Assembly: GCF_001194135.2 (NCBI RefSeq)
Contig: NC_068981.1
Location: 111,672,562-111,713,231, forward strand
Length of the DNA: 40,670 nucleotides
Direction of reading: 5' to 3'
Source of the DNA: Octopus bimaculoides
Taxonomy: Eukaryota
Under the pieces are notes generated by a model. That model saw nothing but the letters and a program-made list of their open reading frames with translations, had not been told where the DNA came from and did no database searches. The translations under genes were made by a program, and so were the position numbers. Positions 1 through 12,162 of this stretch are shown here, piece by piece (position 1 is the first letter of the stretch; every line of letters starts with the position of its first letter).

Positions 1-32
<32 letters not shown>

Positions 33-45
33 ATATATATATATA
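1..45. repeat. (TA)n microsatellite
   Basis: Near-pure TA dinucleotide run. Similar TA/TATG/CA tracts recur at about 3103-3125, 3551-3618, 7320-7390, 12576-12765, 13779-13850, 26031-26070, 29820-29845 and 30020-30180. Confidence 0.95.
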
Positions 46-69
46 CTTGTTTGTGTATCTCTATATTCT

Positions 70-295
70 TTTTTCTTTGACTTGTTTCAGTCATTTGGCT
101 GTGGTCATGCTGGAGCACCGCCTTAAAGGGTTTTTAGTCAAAGAAATTGACCCCAGAACTTATTCTTTGTAAGCCTAGTACTTATCCTATCAGTCTTTTT
201 TGCCAAACTGTTATGTTGCAGGGGCATAAACACACCAACATCAGTTGTCAAGCGATGGTGGTGGTGGTGGTGGTAGTGGGGGGGGACAAACACAG
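70..295 (-). mobile_element. tRNA-derived SINE family A, 3' half
   Basis: Matches the 3' half of the full-length copy at 18201-18631, including the GGTGCTCCAGCATG-hairpin-GAAACAAG tail. Confidence 0.85.
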
Positions 296-393
296 GCATG
301 AAGACATACATACATAAATATATACATATAGGGCTGGCCAAAAGTCACCTGACATAAATACTTAATATTCAGTTTTATTGGAATGATGTTAAT

Positions 394-1158
394 ATGCTCC
401 ACTGGATGTGTAATGTCAGTGTACATACAGGACAGAGTGTAAGCTCCCTGAGAGAAAAGTTGGACATAAGAAGCATCAGACGTGGTGTGCAAGAGAGATG
501 ACTGCGCTGCTATGGTCTTGTGTTGTGTATGGATGAAGACAGCTGTGTGAAAAAGTGTCACACCCTAGCAGAAGAGAGAATCTGTGGAAGAGGTAGACCC
601 AAGAAGACCTGGGATGAGGCGGTGAAGTATGACCTTCAAACGTTGGGCCTCACAGAGGCGATGACAAGTGACCGAGACCTTTAGAGATATGCTGTGCTTG
701 AGAAGACCCAACAAGCTAAGTGAGACCATAACCAGCCCATTTAAGAGTACCCTTCAATCATTGTAAAGACCTTTTTATATCAAATGAAGTCATTGTCGTG
801 GCTGCTGATGGTACCGCCTGATTGACACCGATGCCAGTGGCACGTAAAAAGCACCATTCATGCATGGTCGATGCCAGTGCTGCCTGACTGGCTCCCGTGC
901 TGGTGGCATGTAAAAGGCTCCGTTGAAGTATGGCCAGTGCCAGTATCACCTGATGGGCCCTTGTGCTGATGGCACGTGAAAAGCACCCACTACACTCTTG
1001 GAGTAGTTGGCGTTAGGTAGGGCATCCAGCTGTAGTAACTTTGCCAGATCAGACTGGTGCCTGGTGCAGCCTTCTGGCTTGCCAGCCCTCAGTCAAACCA
1101 TCCAACCCATGCCGGCATGGAAAGCAGACATTAAAACAATGATGGTGATGACGATGAT
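394..1158 (+). mobile_element. RTE-clade LINE, 5'-truncated 3' end (ORF C-terminus, 3' UTR, (GAT)n tail)
   Basis: Decayed translation MLHWMCNVSVHT..CGRGRPKKTWDE..YAVLEKTQQAK* is homologous to the copy at 7982-10704. Ends in gatggtgatgacgatgat. Confidence 0.9.
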
Positions 1159-1488
1159 TCCAATTATGAATGTTTAATAATTGAATGCTGTAAGTTAAAT
1201 TCACCGTTTTTTTACATTTGTCTATTAGTGTAGTCTCATATGAAGTCATTTTTTGGTTTAATCTTGGAATTAAATGGTTTTGATTCACTATCAGGTGGCT
1301 TTTGGCCAGCTCTGCATATATATACTAGCAGTATAACACAACATTGTCTGGGTGTGACTTATTATGCCATCTACGATAAGTCTTGCTAGGTGAAAATCAA
1401 TTAAAAAAGAAAGTCTTACAACAAAAAAACCCTTATGATGTAAATATGTTCATAATTCAAAAGACAATGAAATTAATAGGGAAAGTCT

Positions 1489-1884
1489 GAAGGCTGCTTT
1501 GCGTAACATTATTAAGCATACGTAAATTCCATCCGTCTAATTGGCTATACAAATGCTTGTGCAAAACAACTTTTTGCGCTGCCCTGATTATACATAGCAG
1601 GGTAATCCCTTTTCGCAGGAGCTAGGACTGCAATTTGTGATGAAGCAATTGCTTGCAATCTGTTGCTACACAGTTCTGCCANNNNNNNNNNGAAGGCTGC
1701 TTTGCGTAACATTATTAAGCATACGTAAATTCCATCCGTCTAATTGGCTATACAAATGCTTGTGCAAAACAACTTTTTGCGCTGCCCTGATTATACATAG
1801 CAGGGTAATCCCTTTTCGCAGGAGCTAGGACTGCAATTTGTGATGAAGCAATTGCTTGCAATCTGTTGCTACACAGTTCTGCCA
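1489..1884. other. Exact 193-bp duplication flanking a 10-N gap (probable unmerged contig overlap)
   Basis: 1489-1681 is identical to 1692-1884, and the two are separated only by Ns. Confidence 0.85.
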
Positions 1885-2221
1885 GAATTCTATCAGATTG
1901 GGCAGTAGATGTTGATGCACCATTTTGCATTATGTTCAAAGTAGCTTCTGGAATGTGGTGAATTGCTGCAGTCTGTTGCTGTCTTTTTAAACCAGTTGCT
2001 TTCTTTCCCCAGCAAACTCTCTTCTTTGGCGGTATAATCAATAACACAAAGTTATAACAGATGGAAGGGTAGGTAGTTTTCACATTTCTAATGAAGTTCA
2101 CTGATTTGCAATGTGTTGTCCTGTCTACATAAGCTCTGTAGTCTGTATATTTACAAAACATTGACGAACATATAGTAAAGTAAGATCTAGTTATATTGTA
2201 GTGAATACTTGTGTGTGCATT

Positions 2222-2252
2222 TGAGAGAGCGAGAGAGAAGAGGGAGAGAGGA

Positions 2253-2283
<31 letters not shown>

Positions 2284-2310
2284 TAGAGAACGGGAGCAAT
2301 GAAGAGAGAG
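2222..2310. repeat. (GA)n microsatellite
   Basis: Purine dinucleotide run. Confidence 0.9.
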
Positions 2311-3153
2311 GAAGGGAGAACGAAAGACAGTTATAAAATAGCAATGCGTGAGTGTGTCTATATAAGAAACACACACAAACTAAGTCTTATATCTATATGT
2401 ATGTTGTTGTCACAGATCACGTATGTGTGGTTGTGTGTGTTTTTACGTTTCTATGTTATGAAAAATATGTAAAAAATACTGAGAGGAGACAGGGATACTG
2501 AACATGCAGACAGACAATGTAACGAAAACATGAACGAGTCTAGTCACAAATTATCATTGCAACTTCGACAAAAAGGAAGCTAAGAGCCCCAGATTCTTTG
2601 GAAGAAAGAACAGTGGTGCTGGCATGTGTAGGAAATGAGAAAGTGAAGTGAGGAAAATGACCAGGTCACGTGGCGGTAGAGGGATAGAAGAAAGCTATTA
2701 AATGGGAGAGAGGAAGAAGAATGAAGTTAGAGTGAAAAGGTAGATAGAAGGAACGAATAGTCTTAAACAAAGTTAATCTATGACTTTGTATGTATCACTT
2801 TCTCTCTCTCCCTCTTTTACTCTTACTCTCTACATTATATGTTGAGCGCATGATCGATGTGTAAGAATGCCGGTACAGATAGAATGGAAGAAATATAAAA
2901 GTTGCTAGAAACAAAAGCCAAATCTCCCTTAAATCACACAAAGTAAACGGAATTTTAAAAATCTAATTACTGCACAAGAATGTCCACATCGAGAAAATTC
3001 CATTCATGTAAAAATTTTCATGAAAAAGTGGAAAATGTGGATTTCTATAAACTTTTAAAAAGGCTACACACAGACACACATCTTCAGCTTTATATATATT
3101 AAGATATATATATATATATATATATGAATGACACCTGCATTTGACTCCATTTA

Positions 3154-3450
3154 GGCGCATGGCCTAGTGGTTAGGGCATTTGGCTCACAATCATAAGGTC
3201 GTGAGTTCAATTCCCAGCGACGCTTTGTGTCCTTGAGCAAGACACTTTATTTCACGTTGCTCCAGTCCACTTAGCTGGCAAAAATGAGTAGTACTTGTAC
3301 TTCAAAAGGACCAACTTTGTCACATTATGTGTCATGCTGAATCTCCCTCAGAACTATGTTAAGGGTACAGATGCTCTGTGGAATGCTCAGCCACTTGCAC
3401 ATTAATTTCACGAGCAAGCTGTTCTGTTGATCATATCAGCTGGGTAACCA
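3154..3450 (+). mobile_element. tRNA-derived SINE family B, near full length
   Basis: Pol III A box TGGCCTAGTGG (3160-3170) and B box GAGTTCAATTCC (3203-3214), followed by a GTGTCCTTGAGCAAGACACTT core. Homologous minus-strand copies at 34810-34960 and 35264-35580. Confidence 0.85.
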
Positions 3451-3464
3451 ATGGAATGCTTCTT

Positions 3465-3546
3465 TATCCACTCACATGGCTTTTGTTGGCCTGAGGCTAT
3501 AGTAGATGACACTTGCCCAAGGTGTCATGCAGTGGGACTGAACCTG
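3465..3546 (-). mobile_element. SINE family A, 5'/core fragment
   Basis: Matches 18480-18550 (gaggctatagtagaagacacttgcccaagg..gcagtgggactgaacc). Confidence 0.75.
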
Positions 3547-3548
3547 CA

Positions 3549-3618
<70 letters not shown>

Positions 3619-3624
<6 letters not shown>

Positions 3625-5178
3625 CATCATCATCATCATTTAACGTCCGTTTTCCATGCTAGCATGGGTTGGATGGTTCGACTGGGGTCTGGGAAGCCAG
3701 GAGGCTGCACCAGGCTCCAGTCTGATCTGGCAGTGTTTCTACAGCTGGATGCCCTTCCTAACGCCAACCACTCTGTGAGTGTAGTGGCTGCATTTTACGT
3801 GCCACCAGCACAGGGGCCAGTGGAGGCTGGCAACAGCCACGATCGGTTGGTGCTTTTTACTTGCCACTGGCACCGAAGCCAGTCAAGGCAGCACTGGCAT
3901 CGGCCACATTCGGATGGTGTTTTTTACGTGGCACTGGCACAGGTATCACAACTACAATTTCTATTTGATTTTTATTTTGATGATGTACTTGACTCAATAG
4001 GTCTCCCTCAAGCACAGTGTGCCTTTTATGTGCCACCAGCACGGGTATCACAACTACAATTTCCATTTGATTTTTATTTTGATGTTGATGTACTTGACTC
4101 AGTAGGTCTCATCAAGCACAGCAGGTCGCCCTATGATCCAAGGTAAGCACAGCAGGTCATCCTGCGATCCAAGGTACTTTTGAATGGGCTGGGGCTGGTT
4201 CGGGGTCTTCGCAGTCACAGCATATCTCCAGAGGTCTCAGTCTTTCGTCATTGCCTCTGTGAGGCCCAACGTTCGCAGGTCATGCTTGACCACCTCATTC
4301 CATGTCTTCCTGGGTCTCCCTCTACTCCAGATTGCTTCAACTGTTTGGTAGTGGCACTTCTTCACACATCTCTCCTCATCCATCCATAGTACTTGACCAT
4401 ACCAGCGCAGCCGTCTCTCTTACACACCTCATCTGATGCTTCTTATGTCCACCATTTCTCTCAGAGCGCTTACCCTCTGTTGTGTGTGCACATTGACACT
4501 ACACATCCAGCGGATCATGCTAGCTTCATTTCTTTCGAGCCTACACATGTCCTCTGCAGTCACGGCCCATGTTTCACTGCTGTGAAGCATGGCAGTTCAC
4601 ACACATGCATCGTACAATCTACCTTTCACTCTGAGCGAGAGGCCCTTTGTCACCAGTAGTGGTAGAAGCGTTCTAAACTTTGCCCAGGCTATTCTTATTC
4701 TAGTGGTAACATTCTCTGAGTATCTACACGCACTACTAACTTGGTCATCTAGGTAGCGGAAGCTATCAACTACTTCTAGTTTCTCCCCCTGGAGTGTGAT
4801 GGAATTTGTTTTCTGAACATCTGTGATGTTTATTGCCCTGGTGCATCTTCTCGGTTAATCTTCCTTTGATATTGCTGCACCTCTTATGTGTCCATAGGTT
4901 ACACTGGGTACATCTTATGGAGTTTCTACCTACACCTTTTTTACAGATCGAGCAGGGCCATCTGTGATGAGTTCGCCTTCCTACTTACTAGAACTTTGGT
5001 CTTTGCTACATTGACTCTAAGGCTTTTAATTCTAAACCTTGCTTCCACACCCGAAATTTCTTTTCTAGTTCGGGTAGTGATTCTGCTATGAGGGCCAGGT
5101 CATCAGCATAGAGGAGCTCCCAGGGGCAACCTGTCTTGAATTCCTCTGTTATTGCCTGGAGGACTGTAATGAATAAAA
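3619..5178 (-). mobile_element. RTE-clade LINE, 5'-truncated inside the RT (pseudogenised)
   Basis: (CAT)n tail at 3619. RT motif ELLYADDLALIAESL, with YADD at 5099-5110 (minus). Carries the Cys/His insert and a C-terminus like the other copies. Frameshifts are present. Confidence 0.92.
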
Positions 5179-5607
5179 GTGGACTGAGAGAAAGAGAGAG
5201 TGCAGGTAATATAGGGAACAACACCAGTGAGGAGGGGGAATTGCGAGAAGAGATATCTTGTAGTGGTGGTGACAAATTTCTAGACAGAACAAAACGTAAG
5301 ATAGCCGGTCAAGTGGGTGGATGGATGAGCAGCTGGGCTGGTTGCATTTGTCCTGGGAGAGAGAGAAGTGCAGATAATATATAGAGAACAGCCCAGTGAA
5401 GAGGAGGGGTTGAGAAAATAGACACAGGTAATGGTGCTGGGAGAAGGGGTATCCGGTTTAGATGGTGGGAAGATAGAGATGTCCGGTATTGGTGGTGAGG
5501 GCGGGAAAGGATGAGCGCACCGCGAACAAGCAAAGTTTTGTTTGGGGACAGAAGGACGAAAATAATGGCAATAAGAATGAGATTAAACAGACCGAGAAAC
5601 GAGTATA

Positions 5608-5815
5608 TATTCTTTTACTTGTGTCAGTCACTAGACTGCAGCTATGCTGGGGAACCACCTTGAAGATATTTGTTTATTCGATTTTTAGTCAAACAAATCA
5701 ACCTTAGTACTTATTTTTTAAGCCTGGTACTTATTCTGTCAGTCTTTTTTACTTAACCACTAAGTTATGGGACATGAACATGCTAATACTAATCATTAGA
5801 TGGTGGTGGGGAACA
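5608..5815 (-). mobile_element. SINE family A, decayed 3' half
   Basis: Homologous to 70-295. Confidence 0.7.
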
Positions 5816-5906
5816 CAATTTGTGGGTTAACAAAGCTACCATTGCTTTCATTGTGTGAGAAATTGTATATATGTATGTGTCCTTATTAACGTCTATATAA
5901 TATATA

Positions 5907-7172
5907 CTAGTGGGGTTCATTAAAGATTTTCCCTGACCCACTTCCCAAGGACGGATAAATGAAATTTGGCATAATCATTAGTCTTCTACACAGCCAATTC
6001 TAATGGTGACACACTTCTCCCATCACTTTATGCAGCTGTGAAGACCTTGTCTGTAGAAATTAGTAGGTTGACTCTGGAGCTAAGACTTTACCTTGGAAAT
6101 AAGTTCATCATCATCTGAAAAGTGATTTCCCTTCAAAAAAGACTTGACAGTTGGAAAGAAGTGGAAGTCAGATGGTGTGAGATTGGGAGAGTAAAGGGGA
6201 TGGGGAAGGATTTCATAGCCGCGGAAGTGTGCTTTCATCTGGGCAACATGTGCATTGTGAACTGGGGTATTGTCTTGGAGGAGGTGGACTCCTTTTGGTC
6301 AGCATGCCATGCCTCTCTGCTTTGATGGTGTCCCACAATTTCTGCAACAGAGAAGCATAATATGCTTCATTAATTGTGGTGCCCTTTGCCAGAAAATCCA
6401 TCATCACTACTCCGCACTGATCCCAAAAGACTGAGCATCACCTTGCCTGTTGAGGGTTGGACATGAACCTTCTTTGGAGGTGGTGAGTTATCATGCTTCC
6501 ATTGCTTCGACTGGACTTTAGTCTCAGGATCATAGTAATGGGCCCATGTTTCATCCTGTGTGATAAGTCTGCCCAAAATGTCCTCCTTGTTTTCTTGGCA
6601 CATTTTTTGACTCGTTTCTGCTTCTGAAAAATGTGAGCATCTGGGGAATCCATCGTGCAGACAACTTCTGCATGTGCAAATGGTCGTGAATGAATTTTTT
6701 CACAGACCCTACACTTACCTTCACTCTTTAGGCTAGTTACTGAATAGTTATGTGACAATCCTCCAAAATGGTGGCTTCCACTTCATGGATGGTGTCATCA
6801 TAAGTGGTGGAATGTGGTCGTCCCAGGATAGGAGCAGTTTCCACCAATGTCCAACCACATTTGAACTGGTGATGTCAGTGCATGACTACGTTGTATGATG
6901 GTGCATCGCCACCATAAACTTCTTTCATCTCATCAAAAGTCTCCTTTGGTGTATGACCTTTCAAATATAAGAACCTGATCACTGATCTGGTTTCAACTGC
7001 CTTCATTATAACACCTTAGTTCACTTCAGCAGCTGTAAAAGACAAACAAATACCAAAGGAAAGCTGCAATTCACAATATAACATGTAGAGACGTATGATT
7101 ATACCTGTACAAGTTCCATTTCCTGCAATAATTGGAAGTAGGTCAGCGGAAATCCTTAATGAACATCCCTCA
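5907..7172 (-). mobile_element. Full-length mariner (Tc1/mariner, irritans-like) DNA transposon
   Basis: Imperfect TIRs of about 39 bp (5907-5945 and 7134-7172), TA on both flanks, 1266 bp long. Confidence 0.92.
5978..7006 (-). pseudogene. Mariner transposase, about 343 codons, with stops and frameshifts
   Basis: MKAVETRSVIRFLYLKG.., WIPQML (WVPHEL motif), LITQDETWAHYYDPE (first D), LLQDNT (second D), HPLYSPNLTPSDFHFFP (YSPDL motif, D34D), ending ..CVED*. Confidence 0.92.
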
Positions 7173-7316
7173 TATATAGCCAAGTAATAAACTGTAATAT
7201 TGGATGGGAGCTAAAGGAAGTTTACCGAAAAACACATGATCTGAAGAAACCAGCCTTGACATTTTACCCAGAGAAATTTGGTATCTGACTGGATATTATA
7301 TCCCCCCTCTTACTAT

Positions 7317-7353
<37 letters not shown>

Positions 7354-7981
7354 CGCACATTTATATATGTATTATATATGTGTGTGTGTCTGTGTCTATA
7401 CTACTGGTATTTTTACTATTAGTATTATCATTTTTTTTTATTATTGTAACTGTTATGATATTATTTTGTTCAAGGCATCTGGACACCACTAATATATTCA
7501 AGGCCATATACTACCAATTGCATCCACCATTAAAACTCTTAACCTCACCCTGACACTTGGTTCATCTCCTCCCCATTCTCTTCTTGAAATTCATAACCTT
7601 CTCAATTCTCAACTTTATCTTTTTCCACAGATATTTTATGCAAACGAACAGATACAATGATCTCATTTCTTTTCAATACTATTCACTCACACATCTTCCT
7701 TTCTTCCCCACTTTCCCTCTATATATCTCTCCTCTCATTTTCCTCTCTCTCACCCTCTCTTTTTCTTTCTCCTTCTCTATACATATTCATCTTTCTTAGT
7801 AGCTGACTTACTGCTCTGACCATATATATTGAAATATTTCCATCAGCTGGTTCATTTTAACTGAGGAAGGTCTTATGTAATGGATGTATTCAATGATTTT
7901 AAAATACCACTGTTTGATTTAACTTCATTATTACAACTTATATGACTAGCTGATTCAAATTCTACTTACAAAAAAAAAAAA

Positions 7982-10704
7982 AGAGAATGAATGGGACGAA
8001 GTGAGTCTGCCGCATGTCGACCCAACACAGGGACCAGCTATCCTAATTGATAGTACCTTAGTAGATAAAGTGATCAAGAGTATGAAGGCAGGAAAGCCCC
8101 CGGCCCATCAGGAATCACTGCAGAGATGCTCAAAATATCTGGCAGTGTCGGCTATGCCTAATGACTCGTATAGTTAATCAGGTGATACACAAAGGAGTCA
8201 TACCCAATGAATGGTGTAGCAGCACCATAGTCAACTGCTACAAAGGTAAAGGTGACAACCTTAACCAAAACAATTACAGAGGTATCAAGTTGTTGGACCA
8301 GGTAATGAAGGTCACAGAGAGGGTCATAGCCCAACAAATTAGGGAGAGAATCAGTTTAGATGAGATGCAGTTTGGGTTCATTCCAGGAAAAAGCACCACT
8401 GATGCTATATTTCTGGTAAGATAGCTGCAGGAGAAATACTTAGCCAAAGATAAACCACTGTACCTGGCTTTCGTTGACATGGAGAAAGCCTTTGACAGGG
8501 TCCCCCGCTCCCTTATCTGGTGGTCAATGAGGAAACTAGGGATAGATGAGTGGTTAGTGAGAGCTGTGCAAGCCATGTACAGGGACGCTGTCAGTAAGGC
8601 GAGGGTTGGCAACGAGTACACTGAAGAATTCTGATAGAGTTAGGTGTCCACTAACGTTCAGAACACAACCCCCTCCTATTTATCATAGTCCTCCAGGCGA
8701 TAACAGAGGAATTCAAGACAGCATGCCCTTGGGAGCTCCTCTATGCTGATGACCTTGCACTAATTACTGAGTCACTATCAGAACTAGAGGAGAAGTTTCA
8801 GGTGTGGAAGCAAGGGCTAAAACCAAAGTCCTAATAAGTAGGAAGGTAGATAAAACACAAACCCCTTCAGGTAGATGGCTCTGCTCTATCTGTAGAAAAG
8901 GTGTAGGTAGAAACTCTAAGATGCACCCAGTGCAAGCTATGGACACATAAGAGGTGCAGCAATATCAAAGCAAGGTTAACTAGGAACTTAGTTTTTGCAT
9001 GTGGCAGGTGTTCAGGAGCGATAAACACTGAAAATGTGCAGAAAACAACTTCTGTCACATTCCAGGGAGAAAAACTAGACGTAGTTGATAGCTTCGGCTA
9101 TCTGGGTGACCAAGTTAGTGGGAGAGGGTGTGCTGAAAGTGTAGCTGCTAGAATAAGAATAGCCTGGGCAAAGTTCAGAGAGCTCTTATCTCTGCTGGTG
9201 ACAAAGGGCCTCTCACTCAGAGTAAAAGGCAGACTGTATGACGCATGTGTACGAACAGCCATACTACATGGTAGTGAAACATGGGCTGTGACTGCTGAGG
9301 ACATGCGTAAGCTCGCAAGAAATGAAGCCAGTATGCTCCGATGGATGAGTAATGTCAGTGTGCATACTAGACAGAGTGTAAGTATCTTGAGAGAAAAGTT
9401 GAACCTAAAAAGCATCAGTTGTGGTGTGCAAGAGAGACGNNNNNNNNNNNNNNNNNNNNNNNNNNNNNNNNNNNNNNNNNNNNNNNNNNNNNNNNNNNNN
9501 NNNNNNNNNNNNNNNNNNNNNNNNNNNNNNNNNNNNNNNNNNNNNNNNNNNNNNNNNNNNNNNNNNNNNNNNNNNNNNNNNNNNNNNNNNNNNNNNNNNN
9601 NNNNNNNNNNNNNNNNNNNNNNNNNNNNNNNNNNNNNNNNNNNNNNNNNNNNNNNNNNNNNNNNNNNNNNNNNNNNNNNNNNNNNNNNNNNNNNNNNNNN
9701 NNNNNNNNNNNNNNNNNNNNNNNNNNNNNNNNNNNNNNNNNNNNNNNNNNNNNNNNNNNNNNNNNNNNNNNNNNNNNNNNNNNNNNNNNNNNNNNNNNNN
9801 NNNNNNNNNNNNNNNNNNNNNNNNNNNNNNNNNNNNNNNNNNNNNNNNNNNNNNNNNNNNNNNNNNNNNNNNNNNNNNNNNNNNNNNNNNNNNNNNNNNN
9901 NNNNNNNNNNNNNNNNNNNNNNNNNNNNNNNNNNNNNNNNNNNNNNNNNNNNNNNNNNNNNNNNNNNNNNNNNNNNNNNNNNNNNNNNNNNNNNNNNNNN
10001 NNNNNNNNNNNNNNNNNNNNNNNNNNNNNNNNNNNNNNNNNNNNNNNNNNNNNNNNNNNNNNNNNNNNNNNNNNNNNNNNNNNNNNNNNNNNNNNNNNNN
10101 NNNNNNNNNNNNNNNNNNNNNNNNNNNNNNNNNNNNNNNNNNGGAAATATGCTGTGCGTGAGAAGACCCGGCAAGCCAAGTGAGACCAAAATCCAAGGCC
10201 TCTGCCAGGGATGTAGCCAGCCCACTTATGCATACCATTCCTTCATTGGACACTAAACTCTGCTTGCGAAGACCTGTTGAGGCAAGTGAAATCGAAATCG
10301 AACTAAATTTGATGACTGGCACCCATGTCAACGTCTCTTTCATTGAACACTAAACTCGGCTTGCGAAGACCTGTTGGGGCAAGCGAATGCAAAATTGTGA
10401 TGGCACCTGTACCAGTGGAGCACTAAGAGCACCGTCCGAGCATGATCGTTGCTAGAGCAGCTGTCTGGCTTCCATGCCAGTGACATGTAAATAACAACTT
10501 TGAGCGTGATCATTACCAACATCGCCTTCCTGGCATGTGAAAAGACATTCGAGCGGGATCGTTGCCAGTGCCGCCTGACTGGCCTTCGTGCCGGTGGCAT
10601 GTAAAAGCACCCACTACACTCTCGGAGTGGTTGGTGTTAGGAAGGGCATCCAGCTGTAGAAACTCTGCCAAATCAGACTGGAGCCTGGTGTAGCTACCTG
10701 GTTC
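7982..10704 (+). mobile_element. RTE-clade LINE RT region to 3' UTR (5'-truncated, spans gap 9440-10143)
   Basis: NYRGIKLL, QFGFIPGKSTTDAIF, FVDMEKAFDRVP, YADD (8742-8753), DSFGYLGD, AWAKFREL, and KYAVREKTRQAK* at 10183. Internal stops and frameshifts. Confidence 0.95.
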
Positions 10705-10952
10705 NNNNNNNNNNTATGTTATTCCATTTGTATTCACATTTCAATGGTACCTTACTTTCAAAGCATTTTATCATTATATACTGGTCTGGCTATTTATAAA
10801 GGTACCAAAAAAAAAAAAAAATATGTATATCGGTAACCCATGGTCCGATTTACACGAAACTTGTTTTATTCCATTTGTATTCACATGGGCATTTGATTAA
10901 TGATGTCTCCTGCTTTTGTCTCAGTAAGTATTTTGTAAAGGACCCATTTGTA

Positions 10953-11496
10953 CTTCGGTGTGAAACAATTTTTTCCACAGGTTTTTTTTGAGTGCATTCA
11001 ATGTATATCACCTCCAAACCTGCCGCAAGGCACTTTCTTTCAGAAAAGAAAGGGGTACAGGTGGTTGGGACCATGGAGTTTCCCACCAATAGTTTTGTTT
11101 TGCAGGTTTTTTTTCTTTTCCAGCTTATTTTGCATGCTTTCAACAAATGTGACTTCGAAGTCATGCTTGAACGGCTCCTTTCATCAGAAAAGGAAAGATT
11201 TTGCTGCTATTTCTAGCACGCCCTGCTATCATGTAACAGCTATTTGCGATAAAGAACCCTGAAGAAAGGGTTAATGCGTAATTTCAAGGTCACATTTGTT
11301 GAAATCATGTGAAAGAATCTGGAAAAGAAAAACCTCACAAAACAAAACTCCGTTGGTGGGAAACTCTGAGGTCCCCCCGACTCCTACACCCTTTTCTTTT
11401 CCAGAAAAAAGTAGCTTGCAGTGGGTTTGGAGGTCAGATACGTTGAATGCATTAAAAAAAAAAAAACCCATGGAAAAGAGTTATTTTACACTAAGG
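10953..11496. mobile_element. TA-flanked MITE/foldback element with imperfect TIRs of about 210 bp
   Basis: 10953-11161 is the diverged reverse complement of 11281-11496, with a spacer of about 120 bp. TA lies at 10951-52 and 11497-98. The ORF-track peptides 10850-11164(-) and 11296-11538(+) are homologous to each other. Confidence 0.8.
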
Positions 11497-11732
11497 TATG
11501 AGCATAATTTGTATTTTTTTAAAGTCATTTTCACTTAAAAATATTTCTAAAATATATTTTTGTAATGGTATTATTCACTTGAAAATAATTTTAAAAAAAA
11601 TTAAAATATTGTCTGTTTAAAGAAAACATAATATAAATACATTCACTTAAAAGTATTTCTAAATGATTAAAATATATACAAAATGGCTGATCGTTAGTAA
11701 GGAGGGACACACAAATAAGAAAGAAAAAGCAA

Positions 11733-11779
11733 CGGACCACTGATGAGGTCACAGAAGTGTGACGAAAGAACTCTGGCCG
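11733..11779 (+). ncRNA. Minimal type I hammerhead ribozyme motif
   Basis: CGG(A)CCA-CUGAUGA-G-GUCACA(GAAG)UGUGAC-GAAA-GAA-CUC-UGGCCG. The core is intact, with a perfect 6-bp stem II, a stem I with one bulge and a minimal stem III. Predicted cut after C11773. Confidence 0.75.
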
Positions 11780-12162
11780 AAATATGATTAATGTAATATA
11801 AAGCTGAAGCAAATTAACACCAAATATATAGTATGTGTGTTTTTATTGGCTAAACTGCCAGCATGACCATCCCCAGATACAAATACAATATGTATATTAT
11901 CAAGTTTTAATAAATTACAGGGTAGCAAAAAAAATTTAGAAATTTTATTTACTACCAGTGGTCTAGCGAGAAGAAAAAATTAGTCAAATAGACTGTATAT
12001 TATTCATTTAAAATACAGATATGCCTATAATAGGACATCTAACCCGCCAGAAAGAGCAGCCAAAAACTCTATACCACAATTAGGGATAATTTCAAAAGGG
12101 AATGAAGAATAAAAACATTTACCAATCTATTTTCTGAACCATGGTTTCAAGCTATTTCAGCA

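Noticed and set aside
1489-1884. Apparent 193-bp tandem duplication
   Set aside because: The copies are identical and separated only by a 10-N gap, so this is most likely an assembly overlap.
1748-2374. 208-aa minus-strand ORF, with a faint ASSQIA resemblance to the PIF1/Helitron ASSGIA motif
   Set aside because: About a third is (TC)n microsatellite translation. The remainder has no Walker A or other recognisable domain, and an ORF of about 145 codons can occur by chance in 40 kb. A BLASTx would settle it.
3154-3230. tRNA-like sequence, also at the heads of other SINE copies
   Set aside because: It has Pol III boxes but no complete cloverleaf, and continues into a SINE body. It is not a tRNA gene.
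5136-5707. Cluster of short ORFs in purine-rich sequence
   Set aside because: No domain motifs or splice signals; the ORFs are a compositional artefact.
7859-7900. CTGAGGAAGG motif resembling a hammerhead half; similar partial motifs near 16900, 21952 and 29935-29960 (minus)
   Set aside because: No matching GAAA or supporting stems. At best these are decayed remnants.
9036-10343. Long ORFs of 250-400 aa here and at 12462-13262, 29033-29743 and 30428-31756
   Set aside because: These are mostly X residues from N gaps or microsatellite translation.
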